Below are positions 7,121 through 16,135 of a DNA stretch of 24,000 bases, in pieces. Position 1 is the first letter of the stretch, and the number at the start of each line of letters is the position of its first letter. The notes under the pieces were generated by a model. The model made no database searches. It was not told the DNA's origin and was given only the letters and a program-made list of their open reading frames with translations. Position numbers and translations under genes: made by a program. The DNA is from Archaeoglobus veneficus SNP6 (GTDB taxonomy: Archaea; Halobacteriota; Archaeoglobi; Archaeoglobales; Archaeoglobaceae), in the NCBI RefSeq assembly GCF_000194625.1, contig NC_015320.1, forward strand, positions 766,612-790,611. Reading direction: 5' to 3'.

Positions 7121-8236
7121 CTAAACATCCTCAAATCTGTCCTTGAGCTTGTCAAGAACCTTCGGCAGCGTGGTGTATTCCATGTCCTCGTGCGGCAGCC
7201 TGTGGGGCTCGAACGGGCCGTGGCGGCGCATGTACTCTGCTATCTCCGCTGCCTTCTGCCTTGTGTAGTCGAAGGCCGGGTCGTCGAAGAGGTCAACGGG
7301 CCCTACGAGCTTACCGTTGCAGATCTGGAAACCAGCTCCAATTACTCTCGGTGGGCCATCGAAGCGTGTGCACTTTGCGTAGTGAAACGGTACCGGCATA
7401 ATCGGACCGTTGTGGCTTCCTCGCATCCACCCGCTGACGAGGTGCGGGAACGCAAATGGCTCGAGGACTTCTCCAACTGCCGGCAGACCCGACTGGGCTC
7501 TCACAAGGGCTACCGGGTCATCCTTGCCAACGTACTCTCCGGCAATCTGGAAGAGCTTTTCTGTGCTAACCGTAGCTACTGGCTCATCAGCTGGCAGTTT
7601 ACTACCCTCCTTGGGGAAAATCCTCTTTATGACGAACCTCGACTTGCCACCTATCAGTGCGAGGATGTCGTACATCTCCTCTGGAGAGTTCATGAACACA
7701 CGTTTGTGCTCGACGATGTCCCAGATTTCGAAAACGAATCCGTTGTGCAGAGATGGGTCGATTACGAGGCCAGCGGTGTTGAACGGATCAGCAAATATCC
7801 TGAATATGGGCAGGTTAAACGCCCCTGGCTCTGTCTTGTCCATCATGAACGCCAGGAGCGGCTCTGCTCCTCTCTCTGTGAACTCCATTTCGGCAACACC
7901 TGGGCCTAAGCCGCGGATATTTCCTGAAAATGCTTCTTTGAGCAAATCCTGCCCAGCTCCGTAGAGTTTCAGCTCCTTCGCCCTTTTGGTAGCAAGTTCG
8001 AACGTCTCCCAAGCGATGCCGTGGATTTTCTCGCTGTCCACACCCTCGCGGTGGGTCATAATCAGCTCGAGGTCGTCACCTACGTTCAGAACCCTGTAGT
8101 CTATGATATCTCCATTCTGCTTTTTCTCCTCGAGAAACGCTTCTGCCACCTTCTTTATCTCGTCAGGCACAACCACGTGGCCGGGCACACTACCGACGTC
8201 TGCCTTGATCAGGCTAACGGTTATTTTTTCACCCAT
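7121..8236 (-). CDS. fbp: Fructose-1,6-bisphosphate aldolase/phosphatase (class V FBPase)
   Basis: MGEKITVSLIKADVGSVPGH... is the characteristic N-terminus of this family, and the ~371-aa length fits. I prefer the ATG at 8236 over the track start at 8260, whose MFTICLII extension looks non-native. Confidence 0.9.
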   Translation of the reverse strand: MGEKITVSLIKADVGSVPGHVVVPDEIKKVAEAFLEEKKQNGDIIDYRVLNVGDDLELIMTHREGVDSEKIHGIAWETFELATKRAKELKLYGAGQDLLKEAFSGNIRGLGPGVAEMEFTERGAEPLLAFMMDKTEPGAFNLPIFRIFADPFNTAGLVIDPSLHNGFVFEIWDIVEHKRVFMNSPEEMYDILALIGGKSRFVIKRIFPKEGSKLPADEPVATVSTEKLFQIAGEYVGKDDPVALVRAQSGLPAVGEVLEPFAFPHLVSGWMRGSHNGPIMPVPFHYAKCTRFDGPPRVIGAGFQICNGKLVGPVDLFDDPAFDYTRQKAAEIAEYMRRHGPFEPHRLPHEDMEYTTLPKVLDKLKDRFEDV

Positions 8237-8364
8237 GATTATCAAACAAATCGTAAACAATTTAAAGTTTTGGGGATAGCTAATGTACCAACTATCAATG
8301 AGTATATGATAATGATGGGAAAATTTTATATTGTGAAAGAGCGAAGGAAGCGAGAGGGGTGGTT

Positions 8365-9105
8365 ATGGTATTGGAAAGAGTACCTACTGGAATCCCGGGA
8401 TTCGACGAGCTATGTGAGGGTGGACTGCTGAGAGATCGTACTTATCTGGTATCAGGTACGTCGGGTTCAGGTAAGACTATCTTCGCAATGCAGTACATCG
8501 TGAATGGAATTCAGATGTTCAACGAGCCCGGGATATTTGTCGCTACAGAAGAGAGACCGCAGCACTTGAGAGAACACTTTTCCGTCTTCGGATGGGATCT
8601 CGAGAAGCTTGAGGATGAAAACATGCTTGCCATTGTGGATGCAACTTCGACAAAGATCGGTCTGCCATCGGACGAGAAGTACATAGATGTCAGACCTTTC
8701 GACACTCGTTCGCTGATTGACCAGATGATTACTATCCAGGACGAGATTGGGGCAAGAAGAGCGGCTCTTGATTCAACAACCTCTATAGGCTTCTCGATTC
8801 AGGATCCGGCCAAATTCAGAGTTGAGCTGCTGAAGATATCCACAACAATGGAAATTCTTGGCCTCACGTCACTTTTCACATGTGAAATCGTGGATAGCAG
8901 CGGGATAAGCCGGTTTGGCGTGGAGAACTTCGTCACCGAGGGCACCATAGTGCTTTACTACACCAGAAGTGAAAACGTGAGGGTCAGAAGTCTTGAGATA
9001 TTCAAGATGAGGGGCAGCAACCACAGCAAGAAGATACACCCCTTCGAGATAACGGACAAGGGGATTGTTGTACACTCGAGAGAAGAAGTTTACTCCGAGA
9101 TTTAA
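8365..9105 (+). CDS. Single-domain KaiC-like (RecA-superfamily) ATPase, called K1 here
   Basis: VPTGIPGFDELCEGGL, Walker A GTSGSGKT, catalytic pair ATEE, Walker B-like AALDSTTS, and C-terminal KMRGSNHS. SD-like GAGGGGTGG lies just upstream of the ATG at 8365 (the track start is GTG 8359). Confidence 0.85.
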   Translation: MVLERVPTGIPGFDELCEGGLLRDRTYLVSGTSGSGKTIFAMQYIVNGIQMFNEPGIFVATEERPQHLREHFSVFGWDLEKLEDENMLAIVDATSTKIGLPSDEKYIDVRPFDTRSLIDQMITIQDEIGARRAALDSTTSIGFSIQDPAKFRVELLKISTTMEILGLTSLFTCEIVDSSGISRFGVENFVTEGTIVLYYTRSENVRVRSLEIFKMRGSNHSKKIHPFEITDKGIVVHSREEVYSEI

Positions 9106-9135
9106 TCTTTTATTTACTTGGAGGAAGAAATCGAG

Positions 9136-9780
9136 ATGGAAGAGTTACTTTTACCTCTCGTCTACTGGTTTGGGCTGGTAGTGGCTTTTGCCGGCCTCGT
9201 CGGTTATTCCTCTTTACCGAGCTACGAGTTTGACAGGCACGAGCGCTACGTCAGGGCAATTGCAGCGTTTTATCTTGTCGCAACCTTCTGTTTTCTTCTT
9301 CATGCGGTCTCCCACGTATTTCGCCCGATATGCGTGTACATAGAATTGTTCGTGGTCTTGGCTCTGTTCGCAGCCTCGCTCTATCTGATGCTCGACACAG
9401 GTGTGGAGAGGTTTGACGCTCGCAGGTTTAAGGATGCTCTCCTTTACGGTGCTGTTGCATGGCTCATGGGTAGACACATGACTTTTGTAGAAGAGTATCC
9501 TGTAGAAGCGTCTGTCATAATGGCGTGCCTGTCTTTCCCGGTGTTCGCAGTTTCTGCGTATCTTTTTTACTCGATAAGGAAGAAAGCCATTTATTTTAAT
9601 TTTGAAGAGCACAGGGTAATTATCTCCTCCTCGTTTTTCATCGTTTACCTAACCGGGCTCGGAAGCATGTCTCTCGACTTTCCCAGCGTTCACTATGCTC
9701 TCGAGCTCGTATCGTCGGGTATACTTCTCTTCGTCCTTTACCGGATGTGGAAAGTTGCAAGAGTGTTCATAAATGCATAA
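9136..9780 (+). CDS. Polytopic membrane protein (~6 predicted TM segments), called M1 here
   Basis: ~214 aa dominated by hydrophobic stretches (LLLPLVYWFGLVVAFAGLVGY, AIAAFYLVATFCFLLHAV, IELFVVLALFAASLYLML, and others). GGAGG lies at 9120-9124. The gene starts 30 nt after K1. No recognisable family motif. Confidence 0.65.
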   Translation: MEELLLPLVYWFGLVVAFAGLVGYSSLPSYEFDRHERYVRAIAAFYLVATFCFLLHAVSHVFRPICVYIELFVVLALFAASLYLMLDTGVERFDARRFKDALLYGAVAWLMGRHMTFVEEYPVEASVIMACLSFPVFAVSAYLFYSIRKKAIYFNFEEHRVIISSSFFIVYLTGLGSMSLDFPSVHYALELVSSGILLFVLYRMWKVARVFINA

Positions 9781-9812
9781 TGGAAAATTAATGAGTTCGA
9801 CTTTTACAGGCA

Positions 9813-9823
9813 AGATATATAAA
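9813..9823 (+). promoter_or_regulatory. TATA box for reverse gyrase (leaderless GTG start)
   Basis: GATATATAAAC is centred ~27 nt upstream of the GTG at 9846, with no SD between them. Confidence 0.4.
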
Positions 9824-9845
9824 CGTCGGAAGTGAAATACCAATC

Positions 9846-12800
9846 GTGGTCGAGGCAATTTATGCGGGTCTCTGCCCCGCGTGTGGGGGCGACTTAAAGA
9901 CATCGGAAGCGAAAACCGGAAAGTGTTCTCGAAACATTCCGCTGTGCAGGTTTGCAGGAGATGAGGTTGTTGAGGAGTTCATCGAATTCTTCAGAAACGC
10001 AATAGGAGAGCCAAGGGCCGTACAGAAGTTCTGGGCCCGGAGAATTCTGAGAGGGGAGAGCTTCGCAGCAGTAGCGCCGACTGGGATAGGCAAGACGTCT
10101 TTTGGTGCTGCAATGGCACTGTTCCTTGCCACCAAGGGAAAAAAGAGCTACATAATTCTGCCCACAACACTCCTCGTCGAACAGGTCGCGGAATCTCTCG
10201 CAAAATATGGTGAAAAAGCTGGCGTCAAAGTCAGCCTCAACAACAGCGATGGTATTACAGTTCTTTACTACCACGGGAGAATGGGAAAGGCCGAGAAGGA
10301 GAAGTTCTTTGAGCTCATACAGAATGCGGACATCCTTGTTACCACAACTCAGTTCCTGTCGAGACACTTTGAGTCGATAAAGCGCACATTCGACTTCGTC
10401 TTCGTCGATGACGTTGACGCTATCCTGAAAGCTTCACGCAACGTTGACAGGGTCCTCATGCTTCTCGGATTCAGAAAAACGAAGAAAGGATGGGAAGGAG
10501 AAGCGAGAGGCGTCCTCATGGTTTCGACAGCCACGGCGAAAAAAGGACAGAAGATAAAGCTGTTTCGCCAGCTCCTGAACTTCGATGTTGGCTCTTCCAC
10601 CCACGCAGTGAGGAACATAGAGGACATAGCAGTCGAGAAAGATGATGTGGAAACGATTGCATCAATCCTCGAAATGATGGGTACCGGCGGAATAATCTAT
10701 GCTCGTAACACTCAGGATGCCGAAATGCTGTACGAAGCTCTGAAAGAGAAGTTCAAAATAGGAATCGTCACTTCCGGCAGGAAAAAGGACTACGAGCTGT
10801 TTGAGAGTGGCGAGATTGATTACTTGATTGGTACGGCTTACTACTACGGAACTCTTGTAAGGGGGCTCGATTTACCGGAAAGGATACGATTTGCAGTCTT
10901 TGTCGGAGCACCCACGTTTACCGTAAAGCTTGAAGATGTTGAAAGCGCGAGCCCCGGAATCATAAGGATTCTTGCCCTGATTTTCAGGGATAGTGAGGAA
11001 GTGAAGGAATACCTGTCCATTCTTCCAGTTATAGACAAGCCCGAGCACGAAAAGGAGCTTGCTGAGCTCAGAAAGATACTGAAGAAGCTTGTAGAAGAGG
11101 GCAAAGCGAAGGAGAAGGACGTGGTGGTAAGAAAAGGTGAGGTAATATTCCCAGATTTAAGAACGTACATTCAGGGTTCTGGCAGAACTTCCCGTCTGTT
11201 TGCGGGGGGAATAACGAAAGGCGCATCTTTTTTGCTTGAAAGCGATGAAGAGGTTAGAAACGCGTTTGTTGAGAGAGCTAAGCACTACGACATCGAATTT
11301 AAAAGGATGGAGGAAGTTAACTTTGAGGAGCTTATAAAGGAGATTAATGAGAGCAGGGTAGCGTTCAGGCGGAGAAAAGAGGCTGGAGACGTCGTGAAGC
11401 CGACCCTCTTCATCGTGGAGAGCCCAACGAAAGCGAAGCAGATTTCACGCTTCTTTGGACAGCCAAGCGTCAAGGCATTCGACGGTATCATAGCCTATGA
11501 GGTGCCAACTGCAAAGCGCGTACTGCTCGTATCGGCAAGCCTCGGTCACGTAACGGATCTGATAACGAACCGTGGCTTTCATGGCGTGGAGGTTAACGGC
11601 CACTTTGTACCGGTCTACGCGTCAATCAAGCGGTGCAGACAATGCGGCTATCAGTTCACGGAGGAAAGACAGAACTGTCCGAAGTGTGGAAGCGAGGACA
11701 TAGACGACTCAAAGCGCCGCATCGAGGCGTTGAGAAAGCTCGCCCACGATGCGGGAGAGGTGATAATAGGTACTGACCCGGATGCAGAGGGGGAGAAGAT
11801 TGCCTGGGACATCCAGAACCTGCTTGCAGGATGTGGGGAAATCAGGCGTGCAGAGTTTCACGAGGTGACGAGAAGGGCTGTAAGCGAAGCGCTCGAAAAC
11901 CTGCGAAGTGTTGACGAAAACCTCGTAAAGGCCCAGATAGTCAGGCGCATAGAGGACAGATGGATTGGCTTCGTTCTGAGCCAGAAGCTCTGGAAGGCCT
12001 TCGGCTCCACCAACCTCTCAGCGGGTAGGGCACAAACGCCCGTGCTGGGCTGGGTAATTGAGAGGGCTGAGCAGCACAGAGAAAAGAAGGTCATCGGTTT
12101 CATAAGAGATCTTGAACTATCAATAGAGGGGTTAAAAGCAAAGAAAGCAAGACTCAGAATAAGACTCATCGAAGAGAAAGAGGAGGAGAAGACACCGCTG
12201 CCACCATACACAACTGATGCAATGCTCAGAGATGCTAACGCGATTCTGAAAATTCCCGCAAAGGAGGCAATGGCAATAGCTCAGACTCTCTTCGAGAGTG
12301 GTCTCATAACCTATCACAGAACAGACTCCACAAGGGTCAGCGAGGCTGGTATGAGGGTTGCGAGAGAATACCTCGGCGAGGACTTCGTCGCGAGGGAGTG
12401 GTTTGCTGAAGGGGCGCATGAGTGCATAAGGCCAACGAGAGCAGTGGACAAAAACACTCTGCAGAGGTTGATTCAGGAGAATGTGATTGCAGTTGAGGAC
12501 ATAACCTGGCGCCATCTTGCTCTGTATGATCTGATATTCCGCCGCTTTATGGCGAGCCAGTGTAAACCATACACAGTCAGAGTGTGCAGGTATTTAGTCG
12601 AGGCCAACGGAATATCTGTGGAGGAAGAACGAGTTATCGACGCAAGAGGTAAAGCGTACGAACTCTATAAAGCTGTCTGGGTCAGGAAACCGCTGCCGGA
12701 AGGCGAGGTTGAAGTTGATGTGGAGGTCAGGAGAGTTCCAAAGGTTCCGCTCTACACGCAGTCTGATCTGATCCAGCTTATGAGGGAAAAGGGTATTGGA

Positions 12801-13055
12801 AGACCTTCGACCTACGCAACGATAATCGACAAGCTGTTCCAGCGGAACTACGTGGTGGAAAGAAACGGCAGGGTTATGCCAACTAAAAGGGGTATGGATG
12901 TCTTTGGATACCTTGTGCGCAGGTATGCAAAGTTCGTTTCGGAGGAGCGCACGAGGATTCTTGAAGAAAAAATGGATGCAGTTGAGAGGGGTGAACTTGA
13001 CTATCTGAAGGCTCTCGAAGAGCTCTATGCCGAAATAAAAGAGATAACGGCCTGA
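9846..13055 (+). CDS. rgy: Reverse gyrase
   Basis: 1069 aa. N-terminal zinc finger CPACGG...C.......C. Helicase Walker A APTGIGKTS and DDVD box (FVFVDDVDA). Toprim start LFIVESPTKAKQISRFFG, second zinc finger CRQCGY...CPKCG, and topo IA active-site region LITYHRTDSTRVS. Confidence 0.95.
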   Translation: MVEAIYAGLCPACGGDLKTSEAKTGKCSRNIPLCRFAGDEVVEEFIEFFRNAIGEPRAVQKFWARRILRGESFAAVAPTGIGKTSFGAAMALFLATKGKKSYIILPTTLLVEQVAESLAKYGEKAGVKVSLNNSDGITVLYYHGRMGKAEKEKFFELIQNADILVTTTQFLSRHFESIKRTFDFVFVDDVDAILKASRNVDRVLMLLGFRKTKKGWEGEARGVLMVSTATAKKGQKIKLFRQLLNFDVGSSTHAVRNIEDIAVEKDDVETIASILEMMGTGGIIYARNTQDAEMLYEALKEKFKIGIVTSGRKKDYELFESGEIDYLIGTAYYYGTLVRGLDLPERIRFAVFVGAPTFTVKLEDVESASPGIIRILALIFRDSEEVKEYLSILPVIDKPEHEKELAELRKILKKLVEEGKAKEKDVVVRKGEVIFPDLRTYIQGSGRTSRLFAGGITKGASFLLESDEEVRNAFVERAKHYDIEFKRMEEVNFEELIKEINESRVAFRRRKEAGDVVKPTLFIVESPTKAKQISRFFGQPSVKAFDGIIAYEVPTAKRVLLVSASLGHVTDLITNRGFHGVEVNGHFVPVYASIKRCRQCGYQFTEERQNCPKCGSEDIDDSKRRIEALRKLAHDAGEVIIGTDPDAEGEKIAWDIQNLLAGCGEIRRAEFHEVTRRAVSEALENLRSVDENLVKAQIVRRIEDRWIGFVLSQKLWKAFGSTNLSAGRAQTPVLGWVIERAEQHREKKVIGFIRDLELSIEGLKAKKARLRIRLIEEKEEEKTPLPPYTTDAMLRDANAILKIPAKEAMAIAQTLFESGLITYHRTDSTRVSEAGMRVAREYLGEDFVAREWFAEGAHECIRPTRAVDKNTLQRLIQENVIAVEDITWRHLALYDLIFRRFMASQCKPYTVRVCRYLVEANGISVEEERVIDARGKAYELYKAVWVRKPLPEGEVEVDVEVRRVPKVPLYTQSDLIQLMREKGIGRPSTYATIIDKLFQRNYVVERNGRVMPTKRGMDVFGYLVRRYAKFVSEERTRILEEKMDAVERGELDYLKALEELYAEIKEITA

Positions 13056-13370
13056 AGACGAGACGTTACAGCTCACCGAAAATATTAAATGGAAATTTGG
13101 CTGATTATAGTAATAATGGTGAGCTAAATGGAAAAAGTATCTACCGGCATAGAGGGTCTCGATAAGATGCTCAATGGCGGACTTGTTCCGGGGAGGACGT
13201 ACCTTGTCAAAGGTGGCCCAGGTAGTGGAAAAACAACGCTTGCGACGCATTTTCTGTCTGCTGGTGTAGCTTCGGGTGAGAGGGTGATGTATATTACGCT
13301 CGAGGAACCGGTTGATGAGCTTGAAGAGGAAATGTCTCTTTTCGGGTTCGATGTATCCAAAATCGAGTTC

Positions 13371-13379
13371 ATCGATGCT
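13371..13379. repeat. Target-site duplication, left copy (ATCGATGCT)
   Basis: The identical 9-mer recurs at 14374-14382, immediately outside the IS terminal inverted repeats. It is 8 bp if the terminal T/A is assigned to the IS. Confidence 0.8.
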
Positions 13380-14373
13380 GCCTTGTCGAATAATCCCCAA
13401 CTAAACTTCCCCATCCACTCCAACAACTCCCCTTCAGCAGAGAACAGCCCTCAGCGAATTGTATATCCACACCTTCGCTGCAATCTCCTTAACCATGTAA
13501 TCCTGCTTCCTTGCTGAAACGAACTCACCAAAACACCTCTTAAAGACAGAATAAGCAGTCTCAACTGCCCACCTCAACCCGTATTTCTTCTCTTCCTTCC
13601 ACCCGTCAAAATCTTTCTGCTTCCTTGCCTCCTCACTTCTTGGATGCTTTAAGATGTCTATAGCTCCTTTCCTTACTGGAATGGCAGGATCTATATCCCT
13701 TGATTGAAGAAATTCGAAGTTTTCGTAGCTGTCATACGCTTTATCGGCAAGAACTCTCCTTACCTTTGCTCTTTCTTCAGATTTTTCTACGAGATCCTTG
13801 AAGACCTTGTTATCGTGAACCTGCTCGTCTGTAACTTCGTAAGCTACAACCTGCTTAGTTTCAACGTCAACAGCGAAATGGATCTTTATCCATCCCCTTC
13901 TCCTCCTGTATTTCTCTCTCATCCACTCTCCCCTGTTATGAACTTTAATTCCCGAAGAATCAACCGCTATAACTATTTCTTCAGAGTTAACGGCTGGAGG
14001 AGTGAAATCCAACCTTGGAGCTCTCTTGTGGATAGTTGAATGATCTGGAGCTGGTATATCGAGAATTCTTGATAAGCTTCTGCAGAATCCTTCCAGAGTT
14101 CTGTAGTCGAGATGGCAGTAGTAGCGGATTGATGCTAAAAACTGCATGAAAGAATTAGGATACTCGTAAGGATGACCTCTCTTTCTTTCGTTCATTGAAT
14201 CGAGCTCTCTCTTCCAGTTCTCTATAAACTCCGTACTGAATAAAATTTCACCTCTCTTTACAAGCTTTTCATTGTATTCTTTCCAGTTTATTTTTGGCAT
14301 GGGTTGGTTAAAGGTTTTATTGGAATTTAATTTTTATTGTGTATTATTCTATGCTTGTTTGTTCGACAAAGCA
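13379..14373 (-). mobile_element. Complete IS5-family (IS903-group-like) insertion sequence, ~994 bp
   Basis: Imperfect terminal inverted repeats (T)GCCTTGTCGAATAAT and (T)GCTTTGTCGAACAAA match at 13 of 16 positions. A single 288-aa DDE transposase gene lies inside, and an 8-9 bp direct duplication flanks the element. Confidence 0.85.
13434..14300 (-). CDS. IS5-family (IS903-like) DDE transposase
   Basis: The N-terminus NWKEYNEKLVKRGEILF...RGHPYEYP follows the IS903-type pattern as I recall it. Catalytic candidates are AVDSSGIKV (D), VLADKAYDS (D) and the Y-x2-R-x3-E-x6-K signature in YGLRWAVETAYSVFK. The ORF appears intact. Confidence 0.9.
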   Translation of the reverse strand: MPKINWKEYNEKLVKRGEILFSTEFIENWKRELDSMNERKRGHPYEYPNSFMQFLASIRYYCHLDYRTLEGFCRSLSRILDIPAPDHSTIHKRAPRLDFTPPAVNSEEIVIAVDSSGIKVHNRGEWMREKYRRRRGWIKIHFAVDVETKQVVAYEVTDEQVHDNKVFKDLVEKSEERAKVRRVLADKAYDSYENFEFLQSRDIDPAIPVRKGAIDILKHPRSEEARKQKDFDGWKEEKKYGLRWAVETAYSVFKRCFGEFVSARKQDYMVKEIAAKVWIYNSLRAVLC

Positions 14374-14382
14374 ATCGATGCT
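14374..14382. repeat. Target-site duplication, right copy (ATCGATGCT)
   Basis: Identical to 13371-13379. Confidence 0.8.
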
Positions 14383-14800
14383 TCTCCCACTGGAAAGACA
14401 ACTATATTTAAAGACACTTTCTTCTCTGATTTTGTTCCCGACGTTGGTGGTTTTAAATCAGTAATTTCAGCAAAACTCGAAAAGGAGCCACCTTCGAGAG
14501 TCGTAATCGACCCCATCACAATGCTTGAACTTGCATCCAGAAGTGAACTTGAATACCGGCGCGATGTGCTGTCTCTACTTCAGATTTTGAGAGAAAGCAA
14601 GGTTACGACCATCATAACCTCCGAGATTACGGACAGAGGGGTCGAGGATTATCTGGTCAGCGGGGTTATAGAGCTTCTGAGCTACGACGTGGGCGGAAAG
14701 ACGCTGAGAGGAGTTAAGATTACCAAGATGAGAAGTTCAGCCTTCGACGAAAACGTCAGGCCGTATAGGATAACGTCGAAGGGAATTGAGGTTTATAGCG

Positions 14801-16075
14801 ATGCAGCATTCCTCGAACGTTGACTGCCCCACAGGAATCGAGGAACTTGACGCACTGCTCGACGGAGGCTTCCCACGGGGCAGCGTAATCCTTCTTAAGG
14901 GAGATCCGGGAGCAGGCAAGACGACCTTTGCTGCCAAGTTTATCTATGAGGGTATTACTAAGTATGGCGAGCCGGGGATTTACATAAGCTTCGCAGAACC
15001 GTTTGATGAGTTTTACAGGTTTATGAAGTTGCTTGGCATGGATTTCAACATCGATAACTTTTGCTATCTCGAGTTTCACGGATTCGACGAGGATTTGCTT
15101 GCGTCGAACATCCTTGAGGCGATAGTGGATAGCAACGCCATGAGAGTTGCTATAGATAGTATTACGGCCCTCACTGCCCAGTTTGGGGCAAGGGCAAGAT
15201 TGTTTCTCAACACCCTGAACAGAAAGCTAAAGGCAATAGGTACTACGTCCATTCTGGTATCTGACACCCCCTCGAGCCACTTAGAGGACTTTGTAGCCGA
15301 TGGAGTAATCAACTTTAAAACAGATGTTGAGAATGGTCTGCTTACGAGGAGAATGGAAATAAGGAAGCTCAGGGGGAAGTGTATACGCATTGCTGAGATA
15401 CCATTTGCTGTACTCCCTGGAAAGGGGCTGTTTCTATTTCCGTTGTGCACAGCAAAGCCCGTCCGGGGATTGAGCAGTGAAGTTATTAAAACAGGAATTC
15501 CGACTATAGACAGGGCGATTGGAGGAATTCCTCGCACTTCTCTGACGCTTATAACCGGTGTGTCTGGCTCAGGTAAGACGATGCTTGCAGCCCAGATGGC
15601 TGCAAACATTTCGAGAGAACTGAGTGTAGCATACGTGAGTCTTGAGGAACCAGAAGAACAGGTGGAGAGAAAGCTCGCAGAATTTGGTGCAAAGGACGTG
15701 ATGGTAGTATCTCTGAATCCTGCATCCGTGAGCAGCGAGGAGATCTTTGCGAGAATAATGGGTTACAACAGTGATGTGTTTTTCATCGACGGTCTGAGGT
15801 TGCTTAGAGAGCTGAGGGAAGAGAGCAGGTTCTGGTATTGCACGGTAAACAGTCTCGTGGCAATAAAGAACCGTGGAGCTACAGTAATCTACACGTACGC
15901 TGCAGATTATCCGCTGGAACGGATTTCAGTAGACACACTTGCAGACGTGCTGCTGCTTTTGAGGTATGATGGTACGAAAAGAAAGCTTTCAATATGGAAA
16001 CACAGAAATCTGACCGCGCCCAACAGAGAATTTGACGTTAGAATTTCAGGAGGAAGGGTGGAGGTTATGGACTGA
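14801..16075 (+). CDS. Double-domain KaiC-like ATPase, called K3 here
   Basis: Domain 1: PTGIEELDALLDGGF, Walker A GDPGAGKT, SFAEP (Ala-Glu where paralogs have Glu-Glu), Walker B-like VAIDSIT, and KLRGK. Domain 2: KTGIPTIDRAIGGI, Walker A GVSGSGKT, SLEEP, and VFFIDGL. The ATG at 14801 has GAGGT 8 nt upstream and overlaps the K2 stop (14821-14823). Confidence 0.85.
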   Translation: MQHSSNVDCPTGIEELDALLDGGFPRGSVILLKGDPGAGKTTFAAKFIYEGITKYGEPGIYISFAEPFDEFYRFMKLLGMDFNIDNFCYLEFHGFDEDLLASNILEAIVDSNAMRVAIDSITALTAQFGARARLFLNTLNRKLKAIGTTSILVSDTPSSHLEDFVADGVINFKTDVENGLLTRRMEIRKLRGKCIRIAEIPFAVLPGKGLFLFPLCTAKPVRGLSSEVIKTGIPTIDRAIGGIPRTSLTLITGVSGSGKTMLAAQMAANISRELSVAYVSLEEPEEQVERKLAEFGAKDVMVVSLNPASVSSEEIFARIMGYNSDVFFIDGLRLLRELREESRFWYCTVNSLVAIKNRGATVIYTYAADYPLERISVDTLADVLLLLRYDGTKRKLSIWKHRNLTAPNREFDVRISGGRVEVMD

Positions 16076-16135
16076 ATGACAATAGGGCGAGCATTCAGTT
16101 CAGGAGTTCGGCACATTCAGGGAGGGTAAATCTGA

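Larger units (their letters stand above)
13128..14823 (+). pseudogene. Single-domain KaiC-like ATPase (K2) split by an IS insertion
   Basis: The N-terminal piece (13128-13379) has STGIEGLDKMLNGGL, Walker A GGPGSGKT and ITLEEP. The C-terminal piece (14383-14823) has Walker B-like RVVIDPIT and KMRSSAFD. Deleting the IS and one repeat copy restores ...KIEFIDASPTGKTT... in frame, giving ~230 aa. Confidence 0.85.

Noticed and set aside
7190-7964. 239-aa and 184-aa plus-strand ORFs antisense to fbp
   Set aside because: fbp on the minus strand is unambiguous. Long antisense ORFs are expected in GC-rich coding sequence, and no recognisable motifs are present.
8311-8318. C-box-like AATGATGG in the fbp/K1 divergent promoter (possible C/D box sRNA)
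   Set aside because: There is no matching D box (CTGA) at the proper spacing and no terminal stem. The same check gave nothing in the other intergenic spacers.
9846-13055. Checked reverse gyrase for an intein, a split or an unusual insertion
   Set aside because: The length (1069 aa) and the continuous helicase-to-topoisomerase motif order are normal, and no intein-like blocks were seen.
13070-13125. 8-bp inverted repeat AGCTCACC/GGTGAGCT flanking the AT-rich spacer between rgy and K2
   Set aside because: It is short enough to occur by chance. The right arm doubles as the SD-like GGTGA for K2, and nothing else supports a terminator or an operator.
12594-13400. 268-aa minus-strand ORF spanning the rgy 3' end, the intergenic spacer and the K2 5' end
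   Set aside because: It overlaps two well-supported plus-strand genes and an AT-rich promoter spacer. The sequence has no recognisable features.
16076-16129. 17-codon micro-ORF (MTIGRAFSSGVRHIQGG) starting at TGAATG directly after the K3 stop, plus a repeated CTGAATGA at both ends of the 60-nt spacer
   Set aside because: It is too short to evaluate. The repeat is only 8 nt, and the spacer is adequately explained as an SD-containing intercistronic region.
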